Shown here: positions 11,313 to 20,923 of the stretch, in pieces
How the letters are laid out: each line of letters begins with the position of its first letter
Numbering within the stretch: position 1 is the stretch's first letter
From: Candidatus Aminicenantes bacterium
GTDB lineage: Bacteria; Acidobacteriota; Aminicenantia; Aminicenantales; JAFGBC01
Direction of reading: 5' to 3'
Assembly: GCA_963702005.1 (NCBI GenBank)
Contig: OY969696.1
Location: 896,001 to 960,000 of the forward strand
Length of the DNA: 64,000 bases
Made by a program: the position numbers and the translations under genes
Notes under the pieces: generated by a model
The model's input: the letters and a program-made list of their open reading frames with translations, nothing else
Told to the model about the DNA's origin: nothing
Database searches by the model: none

Positions 11313-12476
11313 TCAACCCCGTTTGCGGAGCGCCGTCTCCAGGCACCGCCGCATCTTTTCCGTGTAGCGTTCACGCGTGTATTCGCGGTCGGCCATTTCC
11401 TTGGCGGACCGGGCCCGGCGCCGTGCCTCCGGGTTGTTGAGGGCGTAAGAGATCCCGCGGGCCAAGCTCTCCGGCTCCGGCTCGACCAGGATTGAAATCC
11501 GCTCGTCGAGGATCTGGGTGTGCGTCCAAAGGTTCGTGGCGACCAGCGGCTTTCCCGACTTGAGGAAGGAGTAGATTTTAAGGGGCGTATTGGTGCCCGT
11601 CAAGCGGGGCGAAACAAGGACGTCGGCGAGCTCGATGAACAGGGCGACTCGGGCCGGCGGGACCTTGTCCACAAAGACGGTCTTGCCGGCGATCCCCAGG
11701 TCGGCGGCCTTGCGTTTCATCGCCTCGAGCTCGGCGCCCGTCCCGCCCAGGAGCAGGAAGACGGCCTTGTCCTTGACGCGGACTGCGGCTTCGAGCAGGA
11801 GCGATATGCCCTGATAGCGCTGGAAGTTCCCGGCATAGAGGACGATCTTTTCCCCGCCGGGCGCGCAGGCTTTTCTTTTTTGGACGACGTCCTCGGCCCT
11901 GAAGGGATCGCTCGGGAAGTCGAGGACGTTCTCGATGAGATGAGCCTTGTCCCCATGGCCGTCGCGCGTGACCTTTTCCAGAAGGTCCCGGCAGATGACG
12001 ATCACGGCCTCGGACCTTTTAAGATAGAAGTTCTCCATGGCGACAAAGACGGTCCGGAGGAAGGGCGACCGCGAGAAATCGAAGTTCGTGAGCTGTTGGG
12101 GCAGGCTCGAGTGCATGTCGTAGATGTGGGGGGTCCGGCTGAGGACTCCCAGGACGCTTCCCATGACGGCCGCTTCCTCATGGGTGAAGATGATGTCGTA
12201 GCGGCGCCTCAGGAGGCGAAAAGCGGCGCGAACAAAAAGGAGGGCGTCCAAGGGGAGCTTGGCGAAGGACGGCCCGATCTCGATCGTCTTCAGGCCGAGG
12301 ATGTTCGGGACCCGGAAGACGCGCAGGTTATCGAGGGGCATGTTCCCGCCCAACGGATAGGTGATGAGGTCGACTTGATGGCCCAGGTCGCCGAGCGCCT
12401 TGATCCTGAAGTAAACGCTGATCGGCGTCCCGCGAGGCTGGAAGAACGGCTCGGGCGCCAGCATCAGGATCTTCAT
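11313..12476 (-). CDS. Glycosyltransferase family 4
   Basis: GT-B pattern MKILMLAP, YAGNFQRYQG, ADVLVSP, PLKIYSFLKSGKPLVAT. Confidence 0.88.
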   Translation of the reverse strand: MKILMLAPEPFFQPRGTPISVYFRIKALGDLGHQVDLITYPLGGNMPLDNLRVFRVPNILGLKTIEIGPSFAKLPLDALLFVRAAFRLLRRRYDIIFTHEEAAVMGSVLGVLSRTPHIYDMHSSLPQQLTNFDFSRSPFLRTVFVAMENFYLKRSEAVIVICRDLLEKVTRDGHGDKAHLIENVLDFPSDPFRAEDVVQKRKACAPGGEKIVLYAGNFQRYQGISLLLEAAVRVKDKAVFLLLGGTGAELEAMKRKAADLGIAGKTVFVDKVPPARVALFIELADVLVSPRLTGTNTPLKIYSFLKSGKPLVATNLWTHTQILDERISILVEPEPESLARGISYALNNPEARRRARSAKEMADREYTRERYTEKMRRCLETALRKRG

Positions 12477-12483
12477 GACGGGC

Positions 12484-13476
12484 TCAGGAGCGGGCGTCGT
12501 CCGTCCGGGCTTCGGCTTCGTCGTCGAGGACCTCGCGGATGAAATAGGTCGGCTGGTGGGCCGCCTCGTGGTAGGCGCGGACCATGATCTCGGCCAGCAG
12601 GCCGAGGGTGATGAACTGGATTCCGATCAGGATGAGGAGAATGGCCAGCAGGAGGAGCGGGCGGCCGGCGATGGCGATCCGGAGGACGAGCCGCTCGTAG
12701 GACAGCCAGATCGAGATGAGTCCGCCGGCCAGCAGGGAAACGAGCCCGAAGATCCCGAATATCTGCAGCGGCCGGGTCGAATAGCTCAGGAGGAACTTGA
12801 CGGTCAGCAGGTCCAGGGCGACCTTGACGGCGCGGAAGATGCTGTACTTGGACTTCCCGTGCCGGCGCGGCCGGTGGTTGACCTTGACCTCGGCGACCGC
12901 GACGCCCATCTTGCTGGCGATGGCCGGGATGAAGCGGTGGAGCTCGCCGTAGAGACGGATGTTTTTGATGACGTCCTTCCGGAAGGCCTTGAGGGTGCAG
13001 CCGTAGTCGTGGAGCTTGACGCCGGTGATCCGGGAAATGAGCCAGTTGGCCAGGATCGAGGGCAGGCGGCGGGTCAGGAAGCGGTCCTTCCGTTTCTGGC
13101 GCCAGCCGCTGACGATGTCATAGCCCTCCTCGATCTTGGCCAGCAGGAGGGGGAAATCGGCGGGGTCGTTCTGGAGGTCGGCGTCGAGGGTCAGGATGAT
13201 GTCGCCCCTGGTCCGATCGAACCCGGCGGCCAGGGCGGCCGTTTGGCCGAAGTTCTTGCGGAAGCGGATGACCCGGATCAGGGAATTTTCCTGGCGGAGC
13301 TTCTTGAGGACGGCGAACGTATCGTCCCAGCTCCCGTCGTCGATGAACAGGATCTCGAAGGTCTTGCCGAGGCGGGCGCAGGCGTCCTGGATCTCCCGGG
13401 CCAGCACGGGAAGACTGTCGGCCTCGTTAAGGACGGGGACGACGACGGAGATATCGATTTTGGCGGGTGCGGTCAT
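12484..13476 (-). CDS. Glycosyltransferase family 2, polyprenol-phosphate glycosyltransferase (ArnC/GtrB-like)
   Basis: SVVVPVLNE, DDGSWD, NFGQTAA, LDADLQNDP, HDYGC, two C-terminal TM helices. Confidence 0.9.
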   Translation of the reverse strand: MTAPAKIDISVVVPVLNEADSLPVLAREIQDACARLGKTFEILFIDDGSWDDTFAVLKKLRQENSLIRVIRFRKNFGQTAALAAGFDRTRGDIILTLDADLQNDPADFPLLLAKIEEGYDIVSGWRQKRKDRFLTRRLPSILANWLISRITGVKLHDYGCTLKAFRKDVIKNIRLYGELHRFIPAIASKMGVAVAEVKVNHRPRRHGKSKYSIFRAVKVALDLLTVKFLLSYSTRPLQIFGIFGLVSLLAGGLISIWLSYERLVLRIAIAGRPLLLLAILLILIGIQFITLGLLAEIMVRAYHEAAHQPTYFIREVLDDEAEARTDDARS

Positions 13477-13616
13477 CGGCGACACTATAGCACAAAGGCC
13501 CGGGGGCCTTCAATCGCCCCCTCGTCCCGGGCAGGCTCAGCTGCGCCACCCGTTTTCATGGGCGTTCTTATATTAGCCCTTTAAGTCCGCTTTGGATTAT
13601 AATTATCTAATAGGCG

Positions 13617-15770
13617 GTGAAGATGAAACGTTTGGGATTGGCCTTTTGCGCAACTCTGCTCTGGTTTTTTCCCTATATCCTCTCGGCTCCCCGGCAGGAC
13701 CGGCAGAGCCAGACCCCCCTTCAGCACGAGGTTTCGGTCACATTGAAGCTTATCCAGGTCTATGTCACGGATAAAAAAGGAAATCCCGTCCTGGACTTGA
13801 CCAAAGACGACTTCATCATCTTGGACGGCGGTCTGGAGAAGACGATCACGGAATTCGAAAAACACGTTCTCAAGCCGCCGGCGGAATCCGCGCCGCAGCC
13901 GCCGGCCGAGGAAGTCGTGCCGACCCAGGCCCCCGCGGCACGCTCCCTGAGCCGGAAATACTTCCTCTTTTTCGATTTCGCTTTCAACAGCCAGAGAGGC
14001 ATCCAACAATCCCTCCAGGCCGCCCTCCATTTTCTGGACAAGGACGTCAAGCCCGGAGACGAAGTGGCCTTGCTGTCCTATTCGATGATAGGGGGACTCC
14101 AATTCCACGAATACTTGACTGGCGACCATACCAAGGTCAAGGACGCGCTCAAGGCCATCACCGTCAAGGCGATCGCCGGACGGGCTAGCGAGATCGAAGA
14201 AGCCTACTGGCGGGAAGCCCAAGAGGGGCTCCCCGCGCGCGACATTAATATGACCGCGACTCAGTCCAGAACGCAATATAACTGGCAGCGCCAGGAAAGC
14301 AAGGCGATCGCCCGACAATACATCCTCAGGCTGACGGCCCTGGCCAAAGCCCTGCGCATGATCGAGGGACAGAAAAATTTCATCTTCTTCTCCTCGGGCC
14401 TCCCGGCCTCAATGGTTTACGGAAATCAATCCGGGAATCCCGCCCGGACCGGGGATCAGGCCGGTTTCGACGTCGGAGATCCGGTCCTGCGTCCCTTGAA
14501 CGAGGAGCTCTATAAGGAACTGAGCGCTTCCAACTGCTCATTCTTCTCTTTCGACACGCGCGATACGGCCAAGGTTCCTTCCCTTTTCGAATATGACGAG
14601 GCTACGTTCGGGTCCGGAGGGCGGAATATATTCTCCGTACCAGGCGTCTTCCAGGATACGACGGGAGTATTCCGGGACGACAAGACGACCGGCCTCAATT
14701 CGCTGAAGAGGCTTTCCGACGTAACCGGCGGGAAGTTCTTCTCGAACATCCATTATTACCCCAAGAACCTGGCCCAGGTCGAAACCCTGACCGGTTCGTT
14801 TTATGTCCTCGGCTACTATATCGACGAGACCTGGGACGGCCGGTTCCACGAGATCAAGGTCGAGGTCAAGAGGAAGGACTGCGAGGTCCGGGCCCAGGCC
14901 GGCTATTACAATCCCAAGCCGTTCCGCGAGTATTCGGACCTTGAGAAGCAGCTCCAACTCTTCGATTTGGCCCTGAACGAACGATCCCTATTCCAGACGC
15001 CGAAAGTATTTTCCATGATCGCGCTGGCCTATGAGGACGGGACGGACGGACGCGTCCAGATGATGACGAAAATCCCGGCGTCGACCGCGGCGGATCTTTC
15101 CGGTCCGGAAGTGGAATTCGTCTCGTTGGTCTTCGACGAGGAAGAGAACTTGGCGGACCTGCAAAGGACCCAGATCGACCTCTCCCGATACCAAGGCCGC
15201 GACCTTTTCTATTCGTCGGGGGCGCGGCTCGCGCCCGGCCGCTACAAGTGCCGGATCGTCGTCCGGAACCTGGCGAGCGGCGGAAGCGCCGTCGCTTCGA
15301 CTCCGGCCGGCGTTTCTAAGCTGGTCCCGACCGGCCTCAGCCTGCAGACGCCGCTCCTGCTTGTTCCGGAGCGCAGCCCGATGAACATGGAGGCGGTCGG
15401 GAAAGGGCCGGCGTCTGCCGCCAGTTGGCGGAATTTTTATCCTTACGACCGGACGCAATACGCGCCGCTGGTCGGGGGGGTCGCCAAAGACGTCTCCAAG
15501 GTCTTCGTCGTCGTGCCCTGTCGGATCTCCGGGTCGGAACAGCCGAATGTCGTCCTGGCGGCCTTCGTGATCGACGCCGCGACAGGCCAAAAGCTAGCCG
15601 TCCCCTTCAACCTCGTTTTCAGCGAGCGCCGGGAGAATACCGAGGTCTTCTTCCTGGAATTTCCGCCGGACGGACTGCCGCCCGGCCGTTACCTGCTTTA
15701 TATCCATGCCGGCTACGCCTCTCAGCCGTCCCTCAGCAGGGTTCAGACATCGTTCGAGGTTCTGTCCTGA
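13617..15770 (+). CDS. Secreted VWA-related domain protein (acidobacterial type)
   Basis: Signal peptide; VTDKKGNPVLDLTKDDF, LSDVTGGKFF, FYVLGYY...FHEIKVEV...VRAQAGYY signature; C-terminal Ig-like domains. Confidence 0.8.
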   Translation: MKMKRLGLAFCATLLWFFPYILSAPRQDRQSQTPLQHEVSVTLKLIQVYVTDKKGNPVLDLTKDDFIILDGGLEKTITEFEKHVLKPPAESAPQPPAEEVVPTQAPAARSLSRKYFLFFDFAFNSQRGIQQSLQAALHFLDKDVKPGDEVALLSYSMIGGLQFHEYLTGDHTKVKDALKAITVKAIAGRASEIEEAYWREAQEGLPARDINMTATQSRTQYNWQRQESKAIARQYILRLTALAKALRMIEGQKNFIFFSSGLPASMVYGNQSGNPARTGDQAGFDVGDPVLRPLNEELYKELSASNCSFFSFDTRDTAKVPSLFEYDEATFGSGGRNIFSVPGVFQDTTGVFRDDKTTGLNSLKRLSDVTGGKFFSNIHYYPKNLAQVETLTGSFYVLGYYIDETWDGRFHEIKVEVKRKDCEVRAQAGYYNPKPFREYSDLEKQLQLFDLALNERSLFQTPKVFSMIALAYEDGTDGRVQMMTKIPASTAADLSGPEVEFVSLVFDEEENLADLQRTQIDLSRYQGRDLFYSSGARLAPGRYKCRIVVRNLASGGSAVASTPAGVSKLVPTGLSLQTPLLLVPERSPMNMEAVGKGPASAASWRNFYPYDRTQYAPLVGGVAKDVSKVFVVVPCRISGSEQPNVVLAAFVIDAATGQKLAVPFNLVFSERRENTEVFFLEFPPDGLPPGRYLLYIHAGYASQPSLSRVQTSFEVLS

Positions 15771-15832
15771 GGTCATGGCCCGGCGGGTTCGGGCGGAGGC
15801 AAGCGATTGCCGAGGTCCGATGGAAGGATTGA

Positions 15833-16765
15833 ATGGCCAGGATAAAAAAGGCGGCGGGACTTGCGGCGGTTCTCCTCCTGATCATAACGGTCTTGGGGGG
15901 GTCCGCGGCGGCGCGCGGCCAGGAAACCAAAGCGCCGCCTCCGGATCCTTTCCATTTGGCCCTGATCCTCAAGGCCGGCCGGGAATACAGTCAGAGGCTC
16001 GGGCGGGCCGCCCTGGATTTCGTCTGTCTGGAAGAGATCACCGACAAGATCGACTTGAGCCGGGACGGCCCGCACGATCTAGTCCGGCAGGGGGGGGAGA
16101 TAGCCGGCGGCGCGCACTCTTGGGTTTCGTCCGGCGTCAGCCTTCGTTTCGAGCGGAGCCCCAAGAGCGCGAAAGGGACTAGTGTCTATGTCTTCGACTA
16201 TCAATTCATCCGGCAGGCCGGGGAGGTCAAGGAAACCCGGAAGCTCCTGAAAGAGAACGGAAAAGACGCGAAGCCGAACGACCCTGTCCCTCAAACGACT
16301 GTCTTTCAATATTCGGATATCCTGATGGCGCCCGTCCAAATCCTCGACGAGAAATTCCGGGATTTCTATCGCTATCGCTTGCTCAGGGAGGACGCCCTCG
16401 ACGGCGTCAAGTGCTGGGTCGTCGAGGTCTCTCCGAGCCTGTCCGTGGTCGAGAAGTACTTGGGGGGATTGATCTGGCTTAGACAGGACGATTATAGCAT
16501 CCTCAAGGTCGAATGGGACCCCGCGACCTACAGCGGCTACGACAAGATCCTCCTCCGGGCTCGCGGGCTCGAAGCCGAGCCGCGCGTCGTTTCGGTCACC
16601 GAATTCGGGGTCGAGAAGAACGGCATCCGTTTCCCCAGCCGGGATTTCACCCAGGAGGCCTATCTGGGCAAGGACGGCAAGCTCTTCGTGAGGTCCGAGA
16701 CCCAGGTCCTCTATAAGGACTACAAATTTTTCACGGTCGAGACCTCGACCGAGTTCAAGAAATAG
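15833..16765 (+). CDS. Secreted beta-rich hypothetical protein, partner of the VWA protein
   Basis: Signal peptide; DFVCLEEI, GLIWL..DDYSILK, FP and C-terminal YKDYKFF pattern; typical codon usage. Confidence 0.75.
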   Translation: MARIKKAAGLAAVLLLIITVLGGSAAARGQETKAPPPDPFHLALILKAGREYSQRLGRAALDFVCLEEITDKIDLSRDGPHDLVRQGGEIAGGAHSWVSSGVSLRFERSPKSAKGTSVYVFDYQFIRQAGEVKETRKLLKENGKDAKPNDPVPQTTVFQYSDILMAPVQILDEKFRDFYRYRLLREDALDGVKCWVVEVSPSLSVVEKYLGGLIWLRQDDYSILKVEWDPATYSGYDKILLRARGLEAEPRVVSVTEFGVEKNGIRFPSRDFTQEAYLGKDGKLFVRSETQVLYKDYKFFTVETSTEFKK

Positions 16766-16802
16766 CGGGCCGGAAAAAGAACGGCCCGTAAGGCCGGCCG
16801 CG

Positions 16803-16947
16803 TTGACCCGTTTGCTAAGGCTCCGGGTCAACCCCAAGCATGCTCCAGCCTTATGGCTAGCTGGCCGGGGGTTTGACCCGTTCGCTAAGGCTCAGGGTCA
16901 ACCCCAAGCATGCTCCAGCCTTATGGCTAGCTGGCCGGGGGTTTGAC
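16803..16947 (+). repeat. Two tandem 70-bp palindromic units bounded by TTGAC (REP/MITE-like)
   Basis: TTGAC at 16803, 16873 and 16943; the two units differ at 2 positions; internal hairpin TTGACCC...GGGTCAA. Confidence 0.9.
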
Positions 16948-16971
16948 AGGACCGAAAGGTTTGATTACAAT
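16943..16971 (+). promoter_or_regulatory. sigma70 promoter of the receiver-domain gene
   Basis: TTGACA (16943-16948) N17 TACAAT (16966-16971). Confidence 0.65.
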
Positions 16972-16995
16972 GCCGGTGCGGCGTAGAGAAGCGGA

Positions 16996-17442
16996 ATGGC
17001 CGAAAAGAAGATCCTGATCGTCGATACCGACACCTCCCACCTCGATTTTCTGACCCAGCTCTTCAAGCCCAGCCGGTTCAAGATCGTCCGGGCCAAGGAC
17101 GGCGTCGAGGCTCATGAGAAGTTCAAGGAGGAGCGGCCCGACCTCGTCATCCTGGAGGCCCTTCTGCCCAGGCTCCACGGCTTTGACCTGACCAAAAAGC
17201 TCACCCAGGAAACGCGCGGAGAGGTTCCGATCATCATCATCACCGGGCTCTACCGCGGCTCCCACTACCGGCATGAAGCCATCTCCTCCTTCGGAGCGAC
17301 CGAGTACTTCGAAAAGCCCTACGACAAGGAAAAGCTCCTCAACACCGTGCTCAGCCTCCTCAACGAGGAAGAGGAGATCCAGGATGAGCTTCCCGACTCG
17401 GAAGCCATCGTCCAAAACCTCGCCAAGCGGATCAAAAAGTAG
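16996..17442 (+). CDS. Single-domain response regulator (atypical receiver)
   Basis: KILIVD, PDLVILEALLP, PIIIITG, YFEKP; the phospho-acceptor position is Glu. Confidence 0.85.
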   Translation: MAEKKILIVDTDTSHLDFLTQLFKPSRFKIVRAKDGVEAHEKFKEERPDLVILEALLPRLHGFDLTKKLTQETRGEVPIIIITGLYRGSHYRHEAISSFGATEYFEKPYDKEKLLNTVLSLLNEEEEIQDELPDSEAIVQNLAKRIKK

Positions 17443-17476
17443 GCGAGGCCGGACCCGGGACGGCCCGTCCGCCCGG

Positions 17477-17585
17477 TTGACCCGTTCGCCGACGCTACCC
17501 CGCCCTGAAAGGCGGGGACGAGAAGCGAGGCTCAGGGTTAATCCAGATCAATCCCCGGCATTCATGCCGGAGTCGGAGGATTGAC
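17477..17585 (+). repeat. Longer member of the TTGAC-bounded repeat family, with two extra hairpins
   Basis: Shares TTGACCCGTTCGC, AGGCTCAGGGT(C/T)AA and terminal TTGAC with 16803-16947; hairpins CCCCGCCCTGAAAGGCGGGG (17498-17517) and CCGGCATTCATGCCGG (17555-17570). Confidence 0.75.
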
Positions 17586-17609
17586 AAGCCCGATGGAGGC
17601 TGTTAGTAT
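17581..17609 (+). promoter_or_regulatory. sigma70 promoter of accD-folC
   Basis: TTGACA (17581-17586) N17 TAGTAT (17604-17609) with TGn extension. Confidence 0.65.
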
Positions 17610-17611
17610 TC

Positions 17612-18415
17612 ATGGCTGTCATGACGAATCCGTGGACGCGTTGCAACAACTGCCTTAAAATCCTGTATAAGCAGGATATTATCGACAATAACACCGTGTG
17701 CCCGTCCTGCAACTTCCATTTTCGGCTGTCCGCCCTGGAGCGGCTTCGGACCCTCTTCGACGACGGGGCGTTCACCATCTTCGACGACAACGTCTACCCC
17801 AAGGACGCGCTCGGCTTCATGGACGGGCTGAAAAGCTACGGCCAGAAGCTCCAGGAGAATCAAAAGAAAACGCGCCTGTCGGAGGCCGTCGTCAACGCCA
17901 TCGGGACCATGGGCGGCCTCAAGGTCGTCATCTCGGCCATGGACTTTTCCTTCCTGGGGGGAAGCATGGGGTCCGTCGTCGGGGAGAAGGTGACCCGGGC
18001 CGTCGAGCGGGCCATCAAGGAAAAAGCGCCCTTCATCGTCGTTTCCTGTTCGGGCGGGGCCCGGATGCAGGAAGGCGCCCTGTCCCTGATGCAGATGATG
18101 AAGACGAGCGCCGCCCTGGCCAGGCTCGAAGCGGCCCGCCTCCCCTACATCTCCGTCCTGGCCGACCCGACCACGGGCGGCGTCACGGCCAGCTACTCGA
18201 TGCTGGGCGATATCAACGTCGCCGAGCCCCAAGCCCTGATCGGGTTCGCCGGCCCCCGGGTCATCGAGCAGACCGTCAAGGAGAAGCTCCCCAAAGGCTT
18301 CCAGCGCTCCGAATTCCTGCTCGAGCACGGCATGCTCGACGACGTCATCGAGCGGAAACGCCTTCGCCCCTACCTGATCAAGGCGATCCGGCTCTTCCTC
18401 AACCGTCCGGAATAG
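17612..18415 (+). CDS. accD: Acetyl-CoA carboxylase carboxyltransferase beta subunit
   Basis: CxxC...CxxC zinc finger, GGSMGSVVGEK, SGGARMQEG, GFAGPRVIEQT; start may be 17621. Confidence 0.95.
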   Translation: MAVMTNPWTRCNNCLKILYKQDIIDNNTVCPSCNFHFRLSALERLRTLFDDGAFTIFDDNVYPKDALGFMDGLKSYGQKLQENQKKTRLSEAVVNAIGTMGGLKVVISAMDFSFLGGSMGSVVGEKVTRAVERAIKEKAPFIVVSCSGGARMQEGALSLMQMMKTSAALARLEAARLPYISVLADPTTGGVTASYSMLGDINVAEPQALIGFAGPRVIEQTVKEKLPKGFQRSEFLLEHGMLDDVIERKRLRPYLIKAIRLFLNRPE

Positions 18416-18512
18416 GGGAGGGGGCCGCGCCTTCGCTCCCAGCCCCGCCTCGATCCCCAATGGCTCAACCAAACGGAACCCGACAGGCGAGCCCGGCGTC
18501 TGGGGGAGCGCG

Positions 18513-19838
18513 ATGAGGAGGACGGGGCGGGCCTCCGCGACCTGGCCGGCCGCCTGCCGGGAATTTCTCGATCATCTTCAAGTCCACGGGATCAAGCTCG
18601 GCCTGGGGAATATCAGGGCCCTTCTCGCCGAATTGGGCGATCCTCAAGAATCCTTCCCCTCGGTCCATGTGGCCGGCACGAACGGGAAAGGCTCGGTCTC
18701 GGCCATGCTGGCGAGCATTCTCTCCCGTCATGGTTTCCGGGTCGGGCTCTACACGTCTCCCCATCTGGTTAAGGTCGAAGAACGCATCCGTATCGGGGAC
18801 AGGCTTATCGACGGCGCGGACTTTTGCCGCCTCCTCAACGTCATAAGGCGCCGGATCGGGAGGCTATTAAAAAATGGCCGGCTCTCCGCCCACCCGACCT
18901 TCTTCGAGGTCCTGACCGCGCTGGCCTTTCTCTATTTCCGGGAGAAGGGCGTTGATATCGCCATCCTCGAGGTCGGTATGGGCGGCCGGTTCGATGCGAC
19001 CAACGTCGTGACGCCCCTCGTCTCCGTCATAACCTCGATCGCCCGCGATCATGAAGAGTACCTCGGGAAAGGGCTGAGGCGAATCGCCCGGGAAAAGGCG
19101 GGCATCATCAAGCCGGGAGTTCCGGTTGTCTGCGGCTGCGAGAAGGGCGTCGCCCGTGCCGTCATCGGAGGCCGAGCCCGCGCGCTCCGCGCTCCTCTCC
19201 GGGGGGTCTTCGATTTCCCAGGCCGGTTCAGGACGACCAGGACCGCGTCCGGGTATCGTTTCCAGTTGGACACGGGCCGGGAGGTTTATCGCTTTTCGCC
19301 GGCGCTGCGCGGCCTTCACCAGGGCCGGAATGCGGCTCTGGCCGTTGCCGCGGCCGAGACGATCGCGGACGTCTGGAAGCCGCTCGTTTCCGGTAAAATC
19401 GTCGCGGGGATCGAGGGCGCGCGTTGGCCGGGCCGGCTCGAGCTCGTCTCGCGCCGGCCCGACGTTATCCTCGACGGCTGTCACAATGAAGAAGGGGCTC
19501 AGGCGCTTGCCCGCTACATGCGGGATTTCGTCCCCGGCCGTCCCGTCCTTGTCTTCGCCGCGTCCGCCGATAAGCCGGTCCGGAAGATGGCAGACCATCT
19601 CTTCCCCCTGGTTCGTCGGGTCAAACTGACCAGCTTCCCTTCCCCCAGGGCGCTCGACCCCGCCCAAATGCTGAGGATTCTGCCGTCTTTCAAGGCCAAA
19701 ACGGCCATTGAGCCCGATCCAGTGAAAGCCGTTCGCTTGGCAATGGCTGAGGCGGGTCGGCGGGGGACCGTCGTCGTCGCTGGCTCGCTCTTCCTGGTGG
19801 GCGAGGTCAAACGGCTCCGGCTCTTCTCCATGCGATAA
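18513..19838 (+). CDS. folC: Folylpolyglutamate synthase/dihydrofolate synthase
   Basis: HVAGTNGKGS, YTSPHL, EVGMGGRFDATNV, WPGRLE, GSLFLVG. Confidence 0.95.
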   Translation: MRRTGRASATWPAACREFLDHLQVHGIKLGLGNIRALLAELGDPQESFPSVHVAGTNGKGSVSAMLASILSRHGFRVGLYTSPHLVKVEERIRIGDRLIDGADFCRLLNVIRRRIGRLLKNGRLSAHPTFFEVLTALAFLYFREKGVDIAILEVGMGGRFDATNVVTPLVSVITSIARDHEEYLGKGLRRIAREKAGIIKPGVPVVCGCEKGVARAVIGGRARALRAPLRGVFDFPGRFRTTRTASGYRFQLDTGREVYRFSPALRGLHQGRNAALAVAAAETIADVWKPLVSGKIVAGIEGARWPGRLELVSRRPDVILDGCHNEEGAQALARYMRDFVPGRPVLVFAASADKPVRKMADHLFPLVRRVKLTSFPSPRALDPAQMLRILPSFKAKTAIEPDPVKAVRLAMAEAGRRGTVVVAGSLFLVGEVKRLRLFSMR

Positions 19839-19853
19839 GGTCCCTGCGGCGGC

Positions 19854-19882
19854 TTGCAATTTCGTGCCAAAAAGCGTAAAAT
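19854..19882 (+). promoter_or_regulatory. sigma70-type promoter of the atp operon
   Basis: TTGCAA (19854-19859) N17 TAAAAT (19877-19882). Confidence 0.55.
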
Positions 19883-19913
19883 TTTTTCTCGTTTTACGGC
19901 CCCGTGAGATGAA

Positions 19914-20330
19914 ATGCTTTCCATCGACGCGTCCTTCATCGCCGTTTTCCTGATCGTTTGGATCCTCGTCCTCGTCCTTTCCAAGGTCTTTTTCAAGCCC
20001 GTGCTGAGGCTCATGTCCGACCGGAACGCCCGGATCAAGGCGGATATCGACACCGCCCGGAACACCCTGACCGTCGCCGAACAGGACCTCCAGAAAATCG
20101 AGGCCAGGCTCAAGGCCGCCCGGTCCAAGGCCGCGGCCGTCCGGGAAGCGGCCGAGATCGAGGCGCTCAAGAACAAGGCCCGGATGCTCGACGAGCTCGG
20201 CGAGGACGGCCGGGCCCAGATCCTGAAAGCCAAGCAGGAGCTGGAGCGGGAAACCGAGCGCCTTAAACAGGAGCTCCGCTCCCAGACCGAGCTTTTAGCC
20301 GAAAAGATCGAAGAAAGATTGCTCCATTGA
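19914..20330 (+). CDS. ATP synthase F0 subunit b'
   Basis: N-terminal TM helix, FFKPV...R pattern, coiled coil; first gene of the atp cluster. Confidence 0.85.
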   Translation: MLSIDASFIAVFLIVWILVLVLSKVFFKPVLRLMSDRNARIKADIDTARNTLTVAEQDLQKIEARLKAARSKAAAVREAAEIEALKNKARMLDELGEDGRAQILKAKQELERETERLKQELRSQTELLAEKIEERLLH

Positions 20331-20923
20331 CAAGGTCCAAGGCCCTGATCATCCTTCTCCTGCTCTTGGCGGTTCCTTGTCTGGCCCAGGCAGCCGCCGT
20401 CGAGGAGGGCCATTCAGGCTCTTCCGCGACCGCCGCTTTCCTGGGCAAGGCCGTCAACGCCCTGATCCTTTTCGGCGGGCTCGCCTTCCTCTTGGCCAAG
20501 ACCGTCCGCTCTTTCCTGGATACCCGGTCCGCGGGCATCGAGCGGTCCATCCGGGAGGCTGCCGAGTCCCGGGCGGACGCGGAGCGGAGGCTCGAGGACG
20601 TCAGGGCTCGACTGGGCCGGATTGACGAGGAGTTGGGGCGGATCCGGAAGGACGGGGAGGAGGAGACCGCCTTGTCCATAAGCCGGATTCAAGAGCGAAC
20701 CCGGCAGGAAGCCGAAAGGCTCAAGCTGCTGACCCGCCAGGAGATCGAGCTCGGGATCCGGGCCGGCTTGCGCGAGCTGAGGGAATACGCCGCCGACCTC
20801 GCTATCGGGCTGGCCAAGGAGCGCATCCGCAAAGCGCTGACCGAGGACGGGCACGCGCGTCTCATCGACCGTTCCATCGAAAGGCTGGGACGACTCCCCA
20901 ATGAAGAATCAGACGCTTATTAA
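20327..20923 (+). CDS. atpF: ATP synthase F0 subunit b
   Basis: KAVNALILFGGL TM segment plus coiled coil, preceded by a signal-like extension; synteny. Confidence 0.85.
   Translation: MTRSKALIILLLLLAVPCLAQAAAVEEGHSGSSATAAFLGKAVNALILFGGLAFLLAKTVRSFLDTRSAGIERSIREAAESRADAERRLEDVRARLGRIDEELGRIRKDGEEETALSISRIQERTRQEAERLKLLTRQEIELGIRAGLRELREYAADLAIGLAKERIRKALTEDGHARLIDRSIERLGRLPNEESDAY

Noticed and set aside
16803-16947. Possible CRISPR array
   Set aside because: The units are near-identical along their whole length with no unique spacers, and there are no cas genes.
19855-19869. sigma54-like motif TGGCACGAAATTGCA on the minus strand
   Set aside because: GG-to-GC spacing is 9 nt rather than the required 10, it points antisense into folC, and it overlaps a good plus-strand sigma70 promoter.
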